A stretch of DNA of 64,000 nt, taken from IMG/VR virus record IMGVR_UViG_3300035698_024280, one strand, 5' to 3'. This DNA is from a virus. Every line of letters starts with the position of its first letter. Within the stretch, counting starts at the first letter, position 1. Under the pieces are notes generated by a model. It was not told the origin of the DNA, ran no database searches, and saw nothing but the letters and a program-made list of their open reading frames with translations. Shown here piece after piece: positions 39,606 through 49,851 of the stretch. A program made the translations under genes and the position numbers.

Positions 39606-40739
39606 GTGAAAAATAGAGCATTTCATTGGGAGACAAAAGATATAATTGCGCAATTCATTGCGGCTTTTGATGATGTAGTAATCGGCAGGTATAATAGAGA
39701 TAGAGAAGAGAGGGATACAATAGCGGTTGCATATGTGTATTCCCCTAAGCGTCGAGTAATTCATGACCTAGAAAATAGATCGCAAAATTTAAATTTACCC
39801 ATAGTCGCTGTAACTATGGGAGGTATTACTAGAAATGCATCTCGTTCCTTTAATAAGGCTGAAGGTTTTACATACCCTAATACGAGATACCCCGGGCAGA
39901 ATGCAACATCATCTGCAAGAATTCCTCCCGCGGTGCCTATAGATATTGATGTTAATATGTCTATATTGACGTCATATCAGTCTGATCTTGATCAAATTGT
40001 AAGTAACTTTGCTGCTTACGCGAACCCATATATAATGATATCATGGAAGGTACCAGAAGCAATGGGCCTACCAGCAGGAATGATTATAAACTCGAAGGTT
40101 GAGTGGTCTGGATCTACCACGTTTGATTACCCCGTGGATATAAATCACGCTTCAAGATCAGTAATTACAGCGGATACTTCCTTTAGAATAGAAGGTTGGT
40201 TATTTAAAGAAGAGGTAGATCCGCTAAATCATATATATTATATAGAATCTAATTTCCATAGTAACAACTCATTATCTGCAGGCAATTATATTACATACGA
40301 TAGTTATAATACATTATCTGGAAGTAATTCAGTATTAGATACTATAACATTGTCAGGGACACCAACTATAACAAACGCTTATTTCCGTCCGGAAGATAGA
40401 TCAAAGGCAATTAATATAACTAATACTAATTACACTATTAGTACCCCTGGTAGTATAGTTTTATATGGTACGAGATTCGAGGAAATAGATTATGTAATGC
40501 TTAGTGGTGGTAATAATTTTTATGGCAACAATACATCCCTTTCTGGGTTTGATTATTTCCCAGATTTAACAGCAGCGATAATACCATTGAGTTCATATAG
40601 GGTTGTAACCGATAATATTTTAGAAATTGATATAGTTAACGAATTAAATAATTCAGGTAAATTTGATATAGTTGTAGTTACGCCAGCTGGCTGGTTTACA
40701 TCATACGAAAGTATAGCTGGTCATTTCATAAAACCCTAA
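39606..40739 (+). CDS. gp15: Tail terminator/sheath stabiliser gp15-like with C-terminal extension
   Basis: IAQFIAAFDDVVIGR, YVYSPK, LP, DLDQIVSNF..Y; GTG 6 nt after TAAATA. Confidence 0.7.
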   Translation: MKNRAFHWETKDIIAQFIAAFDDVVIGRYNRDREERDTIAVAYVYSPKRRVIHDLENRSQNLNLPIVAVTMGGITRNASRSFNKAEGFTYPNTRYPGQNATSSARIPPAVPIDIDVNMSILTSYQSDLDQIVSNFAAYANPYIMISWKVPEAMGLPAGMIINSKVEWSGSTTFDYPVDINHASRSVITADTSFRIEGWLFKEEVDPLNHIYYIESNFHSNNSLSAGNYITYDSYNTLSGSNSVLDTITLSGTPTITNAYFRPEDRSKAINITNTNYTISTPGSIVLYGTRFEEIDYVMLSGGNNFYGNNTSLSGFDYFPDLTAAIIPLSSYRVVTDNILEIDIVNELNNSGKFDIVVVTPAGWFTSYESIAGHFIKP

Positions 40740-40753
40740 TAAATATATAATAG

Positions 40754-42550
40754 ATGGCTAAGAATTTTACTGGATCAGGAAAAGAATCAACTTTCGGTCG
40801 CAACTTAATGAATTATGTTGCAGCAAAACTACCATACTCTGGGTATAGTGCAATAGACCTCACATCAGAGACAAACCCAAAATTTAAATATTTTGAAAAT
40901 ATGGGGTCACGGAGAGCAGAAGTTCTCTCTAAACATTCAATCTCACAATCTAATGATTATAATGAGCAAGGTGTAGGCGAAATTGGTGCTGATAGTAACT
41001 TTAGCGAGATGATGTACGCTAATGTACAGAAGGATAAAGATTCCAGAATACAAGATTATAGAGTAATGGCCGCCTTTGCGGAGGTTTCTGATGCATTAGA
41101 TGAGATTTGTGATGAGATAATCAACATAGATGATCAGGGTGAGATAGTTAAGTTGCATATCGATAATAGATTAGAGACTGAGCTCAGCGCTGAGTTAAAA
41201 ACTCAGTTAACTGATGAATTTCATAAGTACATTCAGTACTACGAGTTAGATGATAAAGGTTGGAATTATTTCCGAGACGTATTAATCGAAGGGGAAGTAT
41301 ATTTTGAGCATATTATGCACTCAAAGCACCCAGCTGAAGGGGTGTTAGGTATTGTAAGAGTCCCATCTGAATTAATAGACCCTATTTATACTAATATACA
41401 AAATATGTTAATAAAGGGCTTCTTATATCGAAAGCCTATTATGGAGCCAGATAAATTAATTCAGGGTGAAGACTTCGAATTTATACCTCTTGACTCTAAT
41501 CAGATTGTTTATTCGGATAGTGGTATTTGGAATGAAAATAAATCTATTAAGATGCCCTTTATTGAAAATGCCAGAAGAGCATATAGACAATTATCTCTAA
41601 TTGAGGATGCTATACTTATATATAGATTAGTCAGAGCGCCTGAACGGTTAGTATTTAATGTAGATGTCGGTACTATGTCACCGCCTAAAGCTGAGCAGTA
41701 CCTTAGAAAGCTAATGTCGCAATATTGGTCCACAAAAACATTTGATGGCAATCAAGGCGATATTGTTAATAAATTTAACCCACAATCGATGCTAGATGCT
41801 TTCTGGTTTGCAAAAAGAGCTGGATCCGAAGGTACAGAGGTCAGTCAGTTAGAGGGAGGTGCTAATTTAGGTGAGTTAGCTGACTTAATGTATTTTGTTA
41901 AGAAATTATATAAAGCTCTTAAGGTACCTACCAACAGATTAGAAGCAGAATCTACATTAACAGATTCAAGTGCGATGCTTAGAGAGGAATTAAAATTCGC
42001 AAAGTTTGTTGTTAGGTTGCAGAGAAAATTTGCAGGTGGGTTAAAGCTGGGATTTATAACTCATTTAAAAATGATCGGAGCCTGGAAGGATTTAGATATG
42101 AAGGAGCATGATATATTCCTCGAGTTCAACCCCCCTTCAAACTTCTATGAGCTACGTGAAGCTCAAAAATTAGGAATAAAAGCTGATAACTACAATAATA
42201 TGGCCAGCTCGGAACTGGTATCTCCTACCTATTGTCAGAAAAAATATCTCGGTTGGGATGATAGGGATATACTTGCAAACCGAAGTTATATGAGAGCCGA
42301 TGCCTCATTTACATGGGAGAAGCAACAGATTGAATCATTAGGGCCCGACTGGGAGAAGCAAATTGCTGCTCAGGCTGACCAATTGGCTGGAGAAGAACCG
42401 ATGGGTGATATGGGTATGGGTGGTGGAGATCTAGGAGCAGGAGGACCACCTGCTTTTGGAGGTGGTCCTGGCAATCTAGATTCAGATGATGCTATAGTAG
42501 ACGAACCTATATCGGGTGAGGTCGAAACAGTAGAGGCTCCAGAGTTGTAG
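40754..42550 (+). CDS. gp20: Portal protein gp20
   Basis: EDAILIYRLVRAPERLVFNVDVG, SMLDAFWF, LYKALKVP, REELKFAKFVVRLQ. Confidence 0.97.
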   Translation: MAKNFTGSGKESTFGRNLMNYVAAKLPYSGYSAIDLTSETNPKFKYFENMGSRRAEVLSKHSISQSNDYNEQGVGEIGADSNFSEMMYANVQKDKDSRIQDYRVMAAFAEVSDALDEICDEIINIDDQGEIVKLHIDNRLETELSAELKTQLTDEFHKYIQYYELDDKGWNYFRDVLIEGEVYFEHIMHSKHPAEGVLGIVRVPSELIDPIYTNIQNMLIKGFLYRKPIMEPDKLIQGEDFEFIPLDSNQIVYSDSGIWNENKSIKMPFIENARRAYRQLSLIEDAILIYRLVRAPERLVFNVDVGTMSPPKAEQYLRKLMSQYWSTKTFDGNQGDIVNKFNPQSMLDAFWFAKRAGSEGTEVSQLEGGANLGELADLMYFVKKLYKALKVPTNRLEAESTLTDSSAMLREELKFAKFVVRLQRKFAGGLKLGFITHLKMIGAWKDLDMKEHDIFLEFNPPSNFYELREAQKLGIKADNYNNMASSELVSPTYCQKKYLGWDDRDILANRSYMRADASFTWEKQQIESLGPDWEKQIAAQADQLAGEEPMGDMGMGGGDLGAGGPPAFGGGPGNLDSDDAIVDEPISGEVETVEAPEL

Positions 42551-42594
42551 TATTTACCATCAAAGAGTCACTGTTACATTAAATAGATATAACA

Positions 42595-43770
42595 ATGGCT
42601 TGTAATATTACACCGGTATCTGCGTTCCAGACAACAAATCTAAATAATAAGATTGATACATTCAATCGATTAGCAGATAGAATTGTTCGATCTTTAGGAG
42701 CGCCTCTCGTTCAAGTTGAACTACATCAAGATCAATTATTTGAAAATATCTCTATTGCGGCTGAGATGTTTTCAAAATTTGCTGGTTATACGGAAGAGTA
42801 TTTGGTATTTGACTCTAATTTATATGAAGCAAATGTAGGCTTACGGTTAGATCATTTGTTTACATTAACTAATCCTACATTAACTATCCAGGATAAAGTG
42901 GATAATAAAATAACTGCTCCTGAAGCAGGATATTACTTTGAAGATAGATCTACTATGTATATAGCTACTTCTACAATACCCGCTACTACATTTTCCAGCG
43001 TATCGGCTCTGAGTGCGATATTTGATGAGGGTATATTTCAACATCAAATATTTGACGATTTGACATATACTAGTGTTATTACAGCTTTTGCTGCTACACC
43101 TAGTACTAGTACTATACCGATATCGTCTCACTTTATAGAATCATATGTAACAAAAAGAACAAGATCTGGAGATGAGATAACTCCAGATTCTGAAACCCGC
43201 TCTAATAATATGTTCGATTATGATCTTCTAGATTATAGAAAAGTTATTGCTGTCAGTAACTTCGAGGAAGGTTCTTCTACTGGCATAAATACTCTATTTA
43301 CAATAGAGCAGACTATGGCGCAACAAACATATTTTTCTTATGCTATGGGTAATAATGGTTTCGATCTAGTATCTTGGTATACTTTAAAGGAGTGGATGGA
43401 AATGAGAGAAAAATTATTAGCATTAAAAAGATCATTTAAATTTGATGAAAGAACTCAAATTCTCCAAATATACCCCGAGCCTAAAAATACGAGATTTTAC
43501 GGAGTTATCTCCTGTTATGTCGAAAGACCTATCAGAGATATTATCAAAGAACAATGGGTATATCAATATGCACTAGCTTTATGTAAGATAACTTTAGGGC
43601 AAGTTAGAGGTAAATTTGGTAATATAACTCTCTTCGGGGGTCAGACATTTAATGCTACTGACATAATGACTGCTGGAATCTCAGAAAAAGAAACTCTAGA
43701 GACTAAGTTGTATGAAGGCGCATCTCCGGGGTTTGGAGACGCAGATCCAATTTGCTTTCTTGTTGGTTAA
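42595..43770 (+). CDS. gp13: Neck protein gp13
   Basis: RSLGAPLVQVEL..DQL, WVYQYALALCK...GKF..ITLFGG. Confidence 0.85.
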   Translation: MACNITPVSAFQTTNLNNKIDTFNRLADRIVRSLGAPLVQVELHQDQLFENISIAAEMFSKFAGYTEEYLVFDSNLYEANVGLRLDHLFTLTNPTLTIQDKVDNKITAPEAGYYFEDRSTMYIATSTIPATTFSSVSALSAIFDEGIFQHQIFDDLTYTSVITAFAATPSTSTIPISSHFIESYVTKRTRSGDEITPDSETRSNNMFDYDLLDYRKVIAVSNFEEGSSTGINTLFTIEQTMAQQTYFSYAMGNNGFDLVSWYTLKEWMEMREKLLALKRSFKFDERTQILQIYPEPKNTRFYGVISCYVERPIRDIIKEQWVYQYALALCKITLGQVRGKFGNITLFGGQTFNATDIMTAGISEKETLETKLYEGASPGFGDADPICFLVG

Positions 43771-43801
43771 TATTTTATTGTTTGTAATATTTACACTATG
43801 A

Positions 43802-43809
43802 TATAAATA
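43802..43809 (+). promoter_or_regulatory. T4-type late promoter TATAAATA
   Basis: Exact consensus upstream of ATG 43835. Confidence 0.7.
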
Positions 43810-43834
43810 CTATGGTATATACTAAAAAATTATT

Positions 43835-44152
43835 ATGATAGGAAATGAAGATACAAAATTAATGATGGAGGCTTGGAAGAAGTATAAGGACGAATGTGAG
43901 GAAACATCATCTAATACCCTACTCTCAAAGGCTACTGTAGATCCAAAATCTTACGAATTGAGACTAATGAAGATGTATGGGTTGGATTGGGACGATATAC
44001 AAGAGGAGTGGGATGAATATGTGGGGTTTATATATCCCATAGATGAAGTGGGAGTAGTTGAGTCAGTTCCGGAAGAGGTCACTGGTAGAGACTTAAAGCA
44101 GTTGATTAATATATTCCAATCCGATGCTCCAGAGAATATAGATACAAATTAA
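43835..44152 (+). CDS. Small acidic hypothetical late protein
   Basis: TATAAATA at 43802; N-terminal DTKLMMEAW. Confidence 0.6.
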   Translation: MIGNEDTKLMMEAWKKYKDECEETSSNTLLSKATVDPKSYELRLMKMYGLDWDDIQEEWDEYVGFIYPIDEVGVVESVPEEVTGRDLKQLINIFQSDAPENIDTN

Positions 44153-44160
44153 ATAAAATT

Positions 44161-44466
44161 ATGCACAATAATGACGTAGAATTAATATGGGAAGCTTTAT
44201 CATCCTCACAATATGCTGGTACAATGGCATCTCTAATGAGCACACCTTGTGAGTTTACGATTGAAATAAGTTATACCCCAGACATGGACTATGATGGGAA
44301 TGAAATTTCCAGAGTAGAGGGTAATCTATTTAAAGGTGATGAATTTTTAGAGAGATTATATGGATCTGAACTTGAAGACGCTATAGATAAATTAGAGTCT
44401 GAGTGCCCAGATAATATTATTGATAGGGACTCTCAAAATGCGATCGCTGGCAGAACTACTTATTAA
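44161..44466 (+). CDS. Small acidic hypothetical late protein
   Basis: TAAATA 5 nt upstream; N-terminal DVELIWEAL. Confidence 0.6.
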   Translation: MHNNDVELIWEALSSSQYAGTMASLMSTPCEFTIEISYTPDMDYDGNEISRVEGNLFKGDEFLERLYGSELEDAIDKLESECPDNIIDRDSQNAIAGRTTY

Positions 44467-44804
44467 TGGTAACATTCAGGCAATATATTATGGGACCGAT
44501 TAATGAATCATGCAGCTCTCCTGCTTTCTTTAGAGCAAAAAAGTTATTACTATCTGCTTTACCTTATATCCCTAGAAAATTTAACAAAAAAGTAAAGATT
44601 TGGGAAGATACTCTAAACTCCCCTAAACTAGTAAGGTCGAAGATCAATATACATTATATAGCAGCAGATATAATAGATACTTTAGGCCCAGGTACTCGTC
44701 GAGTTTTTCCAAAGATAATAGGGAATGATATATATACTTTAGCAAGAGCAGTATCTTCTAAATACAAGCCACGGCCAAAGACTGACCCTGATAATGATGC
44801 CTAA
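44466..44804 (+). CDS. Small hypothetical protein with capsid-targeting-like N-terminus
   Basis: MVTFRQYIMGPINE-S; TAATG coupling. Confidence 0.6.
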   Translation: MVTFRQYIMGPINESCSSPAFFRAKKLLLSALPYIPRKFNKKVKIWEDTLNSPKLVRSKINIHYIAADIIDTLGPGTRRVFPKIIGNDIYTLARAVSSKYKPRPKTDPDNDA

Positions 44805-45258
44805 GAAAAGAAAAAAGCCATCTACACAATATAAGCAAGGTATATTTAAACCAAAAAATTCTGATAAATTTGATGGCACAGCTGCAAAATATAGAAGCTC
44901 ATATGAATTAAAATTTTTTAGATGGTGTGATGATAATATAAATGTACAAAAGTGGGGATCGGAAAATGTAGTAGTCCCTTATTTGAACCCACTTACTAAT
45001 AAAGTTTCTCGGTATTTTGTAGATAATTTTATAGTCTTAACGGAAGGGTGTAATACAAAAAAATATCTTATAGAAATTAAGCCAAAACGCCAAACAAGGC
45101 CACCATGTGTAAATAGATATAGGAATAATAAAAACCTCATATATGAAACAAACATGTGGGAGCAAAATCAGGCGAAGTGGTCTGCTGCAGATAAATGGGC
45201 TAAAAAACACGGTGCAGAATTTATCATATTAACTGAAAAGGAACTTTTTAATAAATAA
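44794..45258 (+). CDS. gp4: Head completion protein gp4 (TnsA-like nuclease fold)
   Basis: YRSSYELKFFRWCD, WGSE, RYFVD, IEIKP, KWSAA. Confidence 0.92.
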   Translation: MMPKKRKKPSTQYKQGIFKPKNSDKFDGTAAKYRSSYELKFFRWCDDNINVQKWGSENVVVPYLNPLTNKVSRYFVDNFIVLTEGCNTKKYLIEIKPKRQTRPPCVNRYRNNKNLIYETNMWEQNQAKWSAADKWAKKHGAEFIILTEKELFNK

Positions 45259-45318
45259 TTATAATTATTATTTTTAATTAACGGTAGTTAATAATGATTT
45301 ATACTAAATATAAATATT

Positions 45319-45597
45319 ATAAACGATACCGATACAGACCTTATATATGAAGCGTATGCCGATAGATTGTTAACTGAAGGGTTAATCGATAAATTACAAG
45401 CTGCATTAGATGTTGCAGGTCTAGAGCCTACTATAGGTACTGGTGCAGATGCCGTCAATACTGCAATATCAGCCTTGAGAGCGATAGCAGCAAAAGAGCC
45501 AGATGATCGTAATAAGCATATAATTAATGCTGGTATATCTGCGATATCTCTTATACCATTTGGAGATGTAGCAAAGATGTTAAAAATAAACATATAA
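45319..45597 (+). CDS. Small protein with pre-toxin TG-like helical hairpin; start probably ATA at 45319
   Basis: In-frame ATA 8 nt after TAAATA gives INDTDTDLIYEAY; LDVAGLEPTIGTGAD..N and AISLIPFGD motifs. Confidence 0.5.
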   Translation: MNDTDTDLIYEAYADRLLTEGLIDKLQAALDVAGLEPTIGTGADAVNTAISALRAIAAKEPDDRNKHIINAGISAISLIPFGDVAKMLKINI

Positions 45598-45635
45598 AGT
45601 AGCGGATAAAGTGCCGACACGTAATAAATAACTAT

Positions 45636-46319
45636 ATGGGATTTCGTTTGATTACTGATGAGGCAGCTGCCACACTCGATGAGTTTGAGTATATTTTTGA
45701 GGAGAAAGGCCGTAATGAGCCAAGATCATTGTATATACAAGGACCTTATATGGTAGCAGATGTAGTTAATAGAAATAAGCGAAAGTACCCCATACACGAA
45801 ATGCGTAGGGAAGTCGATAGATATCGAGAGGAAATGATTAATAAAAAGCGGGCGATGGGAGAGTTAAATCACCCACAGTCACCTGATTTAGATTTAGAGC
45901 GTGCCTGCCACATGGTAGAGAATTTAAAAGAAGAGAAGGAAGGTGAAAAATATATATTTACCGGTAGATCGAAAGTACTAACAACGCCATGCGGGAAAAT
46001 TGTACAATCATTAGTTAACGACGGTGTGTCTGTTGGAATGTCATCCAGAGCATTAGGTCAATTAAATGAGAAAGTGACCTATAACGAAGTTAGTCAGATG
46101 AGATTGGTTGCAGTCGATTGCGTTGCAGACCCATCATTTACAGAAGCTTTTGTAAATGGTATATTAGAATCTAAGGAATGGGTATTAAAAGATGATGGGC
46201 AGTTTGAAGAAGATTATGACAAATTTAGCAAGTCTTTAAGGAAGCTACCTAAGGGATCGGTTGCGACAAAAGACCATATTACAGAACAAATTATAAGTTT
46301 TATAAAAAATATTCACTGA
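45636..46319 (+). CDS. gp21: Prohead core protease gp21
   Basis: YIQGPYM..DVVNRNKRKY, GELNHP, ACH, VGMSSRALG, VDCVADPS. Confidence 0.96.
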   Translation: MGFRLITDEAAATLDEFEYIFEEKGRNEPRSLYIQGPYMVADVVNRNKRKYPIHEMRREVDRYREEMINKKRAMGELNHPQSPDLDLERACHMVENLKEEKEGEKYIFTGRSKVLTTPCGKIVQSLVNDGVSVGMSSRALGQLNEKVTYNEVSQMRLVAVDCVADPSFTEAFVNGILESKEWVLKDDGQFEEDYDKFSKSLRKLPKGSVATKDHITEQIISFIKNIH

Positions 46320-46360
46320 GTAGTATAAATATTCATTGGGAAGCATAAATATATATTAGA

Positions 46361-46516
46361 ATGGACGCACAATCTAGAATACACGTAAAGAAATTGATAG
46401 GGGCTATTCTAGATAAGAATTATAATAGCGCTCAAAAGCACCTGCAAGAAGCTGTTGATACAAAAATTAAAAACAGAATTAAGCTTGCAAGTAAAAATAA
46501 ACTTTTTGACAAATAA
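46361..46516 (+). CDS. Small prohead core protein, gp67-like (51 aa, below the ORF-track cutoff)
   Basis: Hand translation MDAQSRIHVKKLIGAILDKNYNSAQKHLQEAVDTKIKNRIKLASKNKLFDK; TAAATA upstream; TAATG coupling to gp22. Confidence 0.65.
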   Translation: MDAQSRIHVKKLIGAILDKNYNSAQKHLQEAVDTKIKNRIKLASKNKLFDK

Positions 46517-47454
46517 TGGATCCGAAAAAAATTAAACAACAGGGGAGTGATATTAAGCGAATATTAAAGGAGGCCACTAATGGTCTATTAGACTCTGAAT
46601 CGCTGGCAGCTATCGAAGAAGCCTTCAATCATGAGGTCGAAGAGAGGTCGGTATTGAGAGAGTCAATTGCCTTAAATATTCAAGATGAGGAGTATTCTAC
46701 TAAATTGATCGGAGTACTTGAGGCAGTTGATCGTGATAATGCTAAAAAGCTCATTAAGGTTGTCGAATCTGTAGATAAGAGTAATGCTCGCAAGCTTAAA
46801 AAAGTAGCCCAGAAGTTTAAGACAGCTCTAAATTCAGATGCTACTGCCTTTAAGGAATCTACTATTACTCATATAAGTGATTACTTAGATCTGTATATTG
46901 AAGAGAATATTCCGCAATCGGCAATTAATGAAGCTGTAAAAAATAAACAGGCGATGTCTGTACTAAGCGCTTTACGTGATCAACTATCCATTGGTACATC
47001 TCTATTAGATGAGTCAGTTAGAGCTGCCGTCCTAGACGGTCGAAGCCAGCTGGACACATTGACTGAATCTCTTAAAGCTAAAGATGAGCAATTAACTTTA
47101 GTAAATGAAAAGCTGAGAGCAGTTTCTGCTAATTTACTTCTCGAACAGAGGAGTGCAGGTCTACCAGCTAAAAAGAAAGAATATTTAAAGAGAGTACTCA
47201 ATAACAAGTCGCCGGAATTTATACAAGAAAATTTCGACTATACTTTAAAGCTATATGAGCGGAAAGATAATGAACATCGCTCAACTTTAAAGGAGGAGGC
47301 TATGACTAGCAGAACAACGCAGGAAGATACTGTAGAGACTACTAGATTCCGTCACCCAGCTAATAGAGAAAAACTAATTAACGAGCAAGCCTCTTTAACT
47401 CGATCGAGAGAAGCAATTAACCCATATTTGGAACAATTGGCTAAATACAACTAA
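46516..47454 (+). CDS. gp22: Prohead scaffold protein gp22
   Basis: Acidic helical protein between gp21 and gp23; ISDYLDLYIEE. Confidence 0.88.
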   Translation: MDPKKIKQQGSDIKRILKEATNGLLDSESLAAIEEAFNHEVEERSVLRESIALNIQDEEYSTKLIGVLEAVDRDNAKKLIKVVESVDKSNARKLKKVAQKFKTALNSDATAFKESTITHISDYLDLYIEENIPQSAINEAVKNKQAMSVLSALRDQLSIGTSLLDESVRAAVLDGRSQLDTLTESLKAKDEQLTLVNEKLRAVSANLLLEQRSAGLPAKKKEYLKRVLNNKSPEFIQENFDYTLKLYERKDNEHRSTLKEEAMTSRTTQEDTVETTRFRHPANREKLINEQASLTRSREAINPYLEQLAKYN

Positions 47455-47511
47455 TTTTTAACTAATTTTAATGAGGCTCAAAGGGCCTGAACTAAGGAAA
47501 CAAAACGAAAC

Positions 47512-49005
47512 ATGAAAAATAACTCATACATCGACGGGAATAAGGCAAAAGCGCTTCTTGAAAAGTGGGCTCCAGTATTGGACTACACTTCAAAGAACAT
47601 TGCACCTATTGAGGATGAACGTACTCGCACGAACACAGCGATCATGCTCGAGAACCAAGAAGACTGGTGTCAAGACCCGGATGGAGGCCTCCTTATGGAG
47701 ACTTCGTATGCCGGTTCTAAGGCAGGTGGTGCTTTTGGTTCAAGCCAGCAGGGAACTGCTGGTGTAAAGAGTGGTGATAACTATGCTTCAGGTGACGCAC
47801 GTCTTCCGAAGATTCTCATCCCGATGATTCGTCGAACTTTCCCTGAATTGATAAGTAATGAGATCGTTGGAGTTCAACCAATGAGCGGACCTGTCGGACT
47901 TGCCTTCGCTTTGCGATACAAGTACAACAGTGAAACTTTAGGTGATACTGTCATCGACGGTAAGTCAGGCGCTGCGGATAACCGTGCCGGCAGACAAACC
48001 GCCCCAAACTTTGGTTCCGGTAACGGAAAAAATGAGCTTGGGTGGCAACATCTTGATACTCGCTTTACGGGCGTGTCTACAAATCAACTTTCAGGTGATG
48101 GAAATTACTTCAATTTTTCAGCTCAGGATCAAGGCGTTGCCGAGATTCTTAAGAACTGGGAAATTAGTAACAAAATCCCTCAGGTTGATATCTCTTTTGA
48201 GAAGACCGCTGTTGAAGCAGGTACTAGACGCCTCGGTGCACGCTGGAGCGTTGAACTGGAACAAGACCTCAAGAACATGAACGGTATCGATGTTGATGCT
48301 GAGATCACAAACGCCATGGCGTACGAGATCCAAGCTGAAATCGACCGCGAAATGATTATCCGGATGATACAGACTGCGCTTAATGCCGGTTATGGTTCTG
48401 GATTTTCTATCTGGTCCCCAGCTTCTGCTGATGGCCGATGGATTGTTGAGAGAAATAGAGATTTCTATCAAAGACTTATCGTCGAAGCGAACCGAATTGC
48501 TACACGTAACCGTCGTGGTGCTGCTAACTTTATTGTTTGTACGCCACGTGTTGCCGCTATTCTCGAAATGCTTCCGGAGTTCCAATGGGCTCCGGTACAA
48601 GGCAACGTGAATACACAGCCAGTTGGGATCGCCAAAGTCGGTAATCTTGGTGGACGTTTTAATGTCTATCGCGATACTCGTACAGAGGCTCAAAACGCTA
48701 GCGTTTATGGAGATCAAGGATATGGAAACCAGCCTAATGGTACTGCCTACACAGAGGGTGTAGAATATGCATTGCTAGGCTATAAGGGTCCAGAATTCTA
48801 TGATACCGGTATTATATACTGTCCATATATTCCAGTGATGGTCCAACGTACTATCGGTCCGCAAGATTTTGCGCCTCGTGTCGGTCTTTTGACTCGATAC
48901 GGTGTTGTAGATAATATCTTCGGTGCAGATTTGTACTACCACGTTATCATTGTTCAGGGATTAGGAGCGGCTTTTACGCCTGCTTCACAGAGTGTATACT
49001 TCTAA
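47512..49005 (+). CDS. gp23: Major capsid protein gp23
   Basis: LLEKWAPVLD, EIVGVQPMSGPVGLAFALRYKY, WSVELEQDL, EIDRE, YCPYIP, TRYG. Confidence 0.98.
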   Translation: MKNNSYIDGNKAKALLEKWAPVLDYTSKNIAPIEDERTRTNTAIMLENQEDWCQDPDGGLLMETSYAGSKAGGAFGSSQQGTAGVKSGDNYASGDARLPKILIPMIRRTFPELISNEIVGVQPMSGPVGLAFALRYKYNSETLGDTVIDGKSGAADNRAGRQTAPNFGSGNGKNELGWQHLDTRFTGVSTNQLSGDGNYFNFSAQDQGVAEILKNWEISNKIPQVDISFEKTAVEAGTRRLGARWSVELEQDLKNMNGIDVDAEITNAMAYEIQAEIDREMIIRMIQTALNAGYGSGFSIWSPASADGRWIVERNRDFYQRLIVEANRIATRNRRGAANFIVCTPRVAAILEMLPEFQWAPVQGNVNTQPVGIAKVGNLGGRFNVYRDTRTEAQNASVYGDQGYGNQPNGTAYTEGVEYALLGYKGPEFYDTGIIYCPYIPVMVQRTIGPQDFAPRVGLLTRYGVVDNIFGADLYYHVIIVQGLGAAFTPASQSVYF

Positions 49006-49054
49006 GAAATTAGAGATATTATCTTTGCCTAGTTAAGACAATCAAACAACCGAA

Positions 49055-49084
49055 GGCCGTGTAGGGAAACCTACACGGTCTTTT
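49055..49084 (+). terminator. Intrinsic terminator after gp23
   Basis: ggccgtgtagg-GAAA-cctacacggtc-tttt (GNRA loop). Confidence 0.9.
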
Positions 49085-49092
49085 CGTGTATA

Positions 49093-49851
49093 TTAAGATT
49101 CCCCTAAAAGAAACTCTTGAGTACGAATCATCGATTCTGGAGTACCCATATCTGACCAGAAATTATTAAATGCATACCATTCAGTTTCTTTACGATTTGC
49201 ATAATACTTATTTATATCTGTGATCTCTAATTCACCTCTAAGAGAAGGTTTCAGCTGATCTGCAACTGTATAAACTTGCGATGTATAATAATACATCCCA
49301 GTTACTGCCGAATCGGATATAAATGTTTTAGGTTTTTCTATTATATCAATTATCACAGAGTCAGTAAAACCATCAAATTTAGCAATACCAAATCGTTCCC
49401 ATTCGTCAGTATGTGATAAAAATAAGCCAGACTTTACATCTGGAGAGTTGGAGCACATATTTATGAAATTAATTATGTTGTTGTCCTCTTCATAGAAGTT
49501 ATCCCCTAAGATCACTATGAAGTCTTCAGAATTTGTAAACCCTTGGGAGAGCTTAAGAGCGCTTGCGATTCCAGGGGGTCTCGATGGATCGCTCATGTCT
49601 TGTATTTTATAAGAAAAATCTAACCCGCTCGCAAATCCATCCCCCAAATACTCGACTATTTTACCGCAGTGCTCTTGAGAGGTAATTATTAAAATGTCTG
49701 TTATACCAAGCGACTTCAATGTATTCACAGGGTATTGTATCATTGGCGTTGCTCCTGATTTAGAATATACCGGAAGTAAATGTTTATTTGTTGAGCTCGT
49801 GGCTGGGTTCATTCGAGTGCCTAAGCCCCCCGCTAGTATAATACCTTTCAT
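49093..49851 (-). CDS. rmlA: Glucose-1-phosphate thymidylyltransferase-like
   Basis: GIILAGGLGTR, KHLLPV, LGDN, EKP, RGELEITD, WSDMGT. Confidence 0.92.
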   Translation of the reverse strand: MKGIILAGGLGTRMNPATSSTNKHLLPVYSKSGATPMIQYPVNTLKSLGITDILIITSQEHCGKIVEYLGDGFASGLDFSYKIQDMSDPSRPPGIASALKLSQGFTNSEDFIVILGDNFYEEDNNIINFINMCSNSPDVKSGLFLSHTDEWERFGIAKFDGFTDSVIIDIIEKPKTFISDSAVTGMYYYTSQVYTVADQLKPSLRGELEITDINKYYANRKETEWYAFNNFWSDMGTPESMIRTQEFLLGES

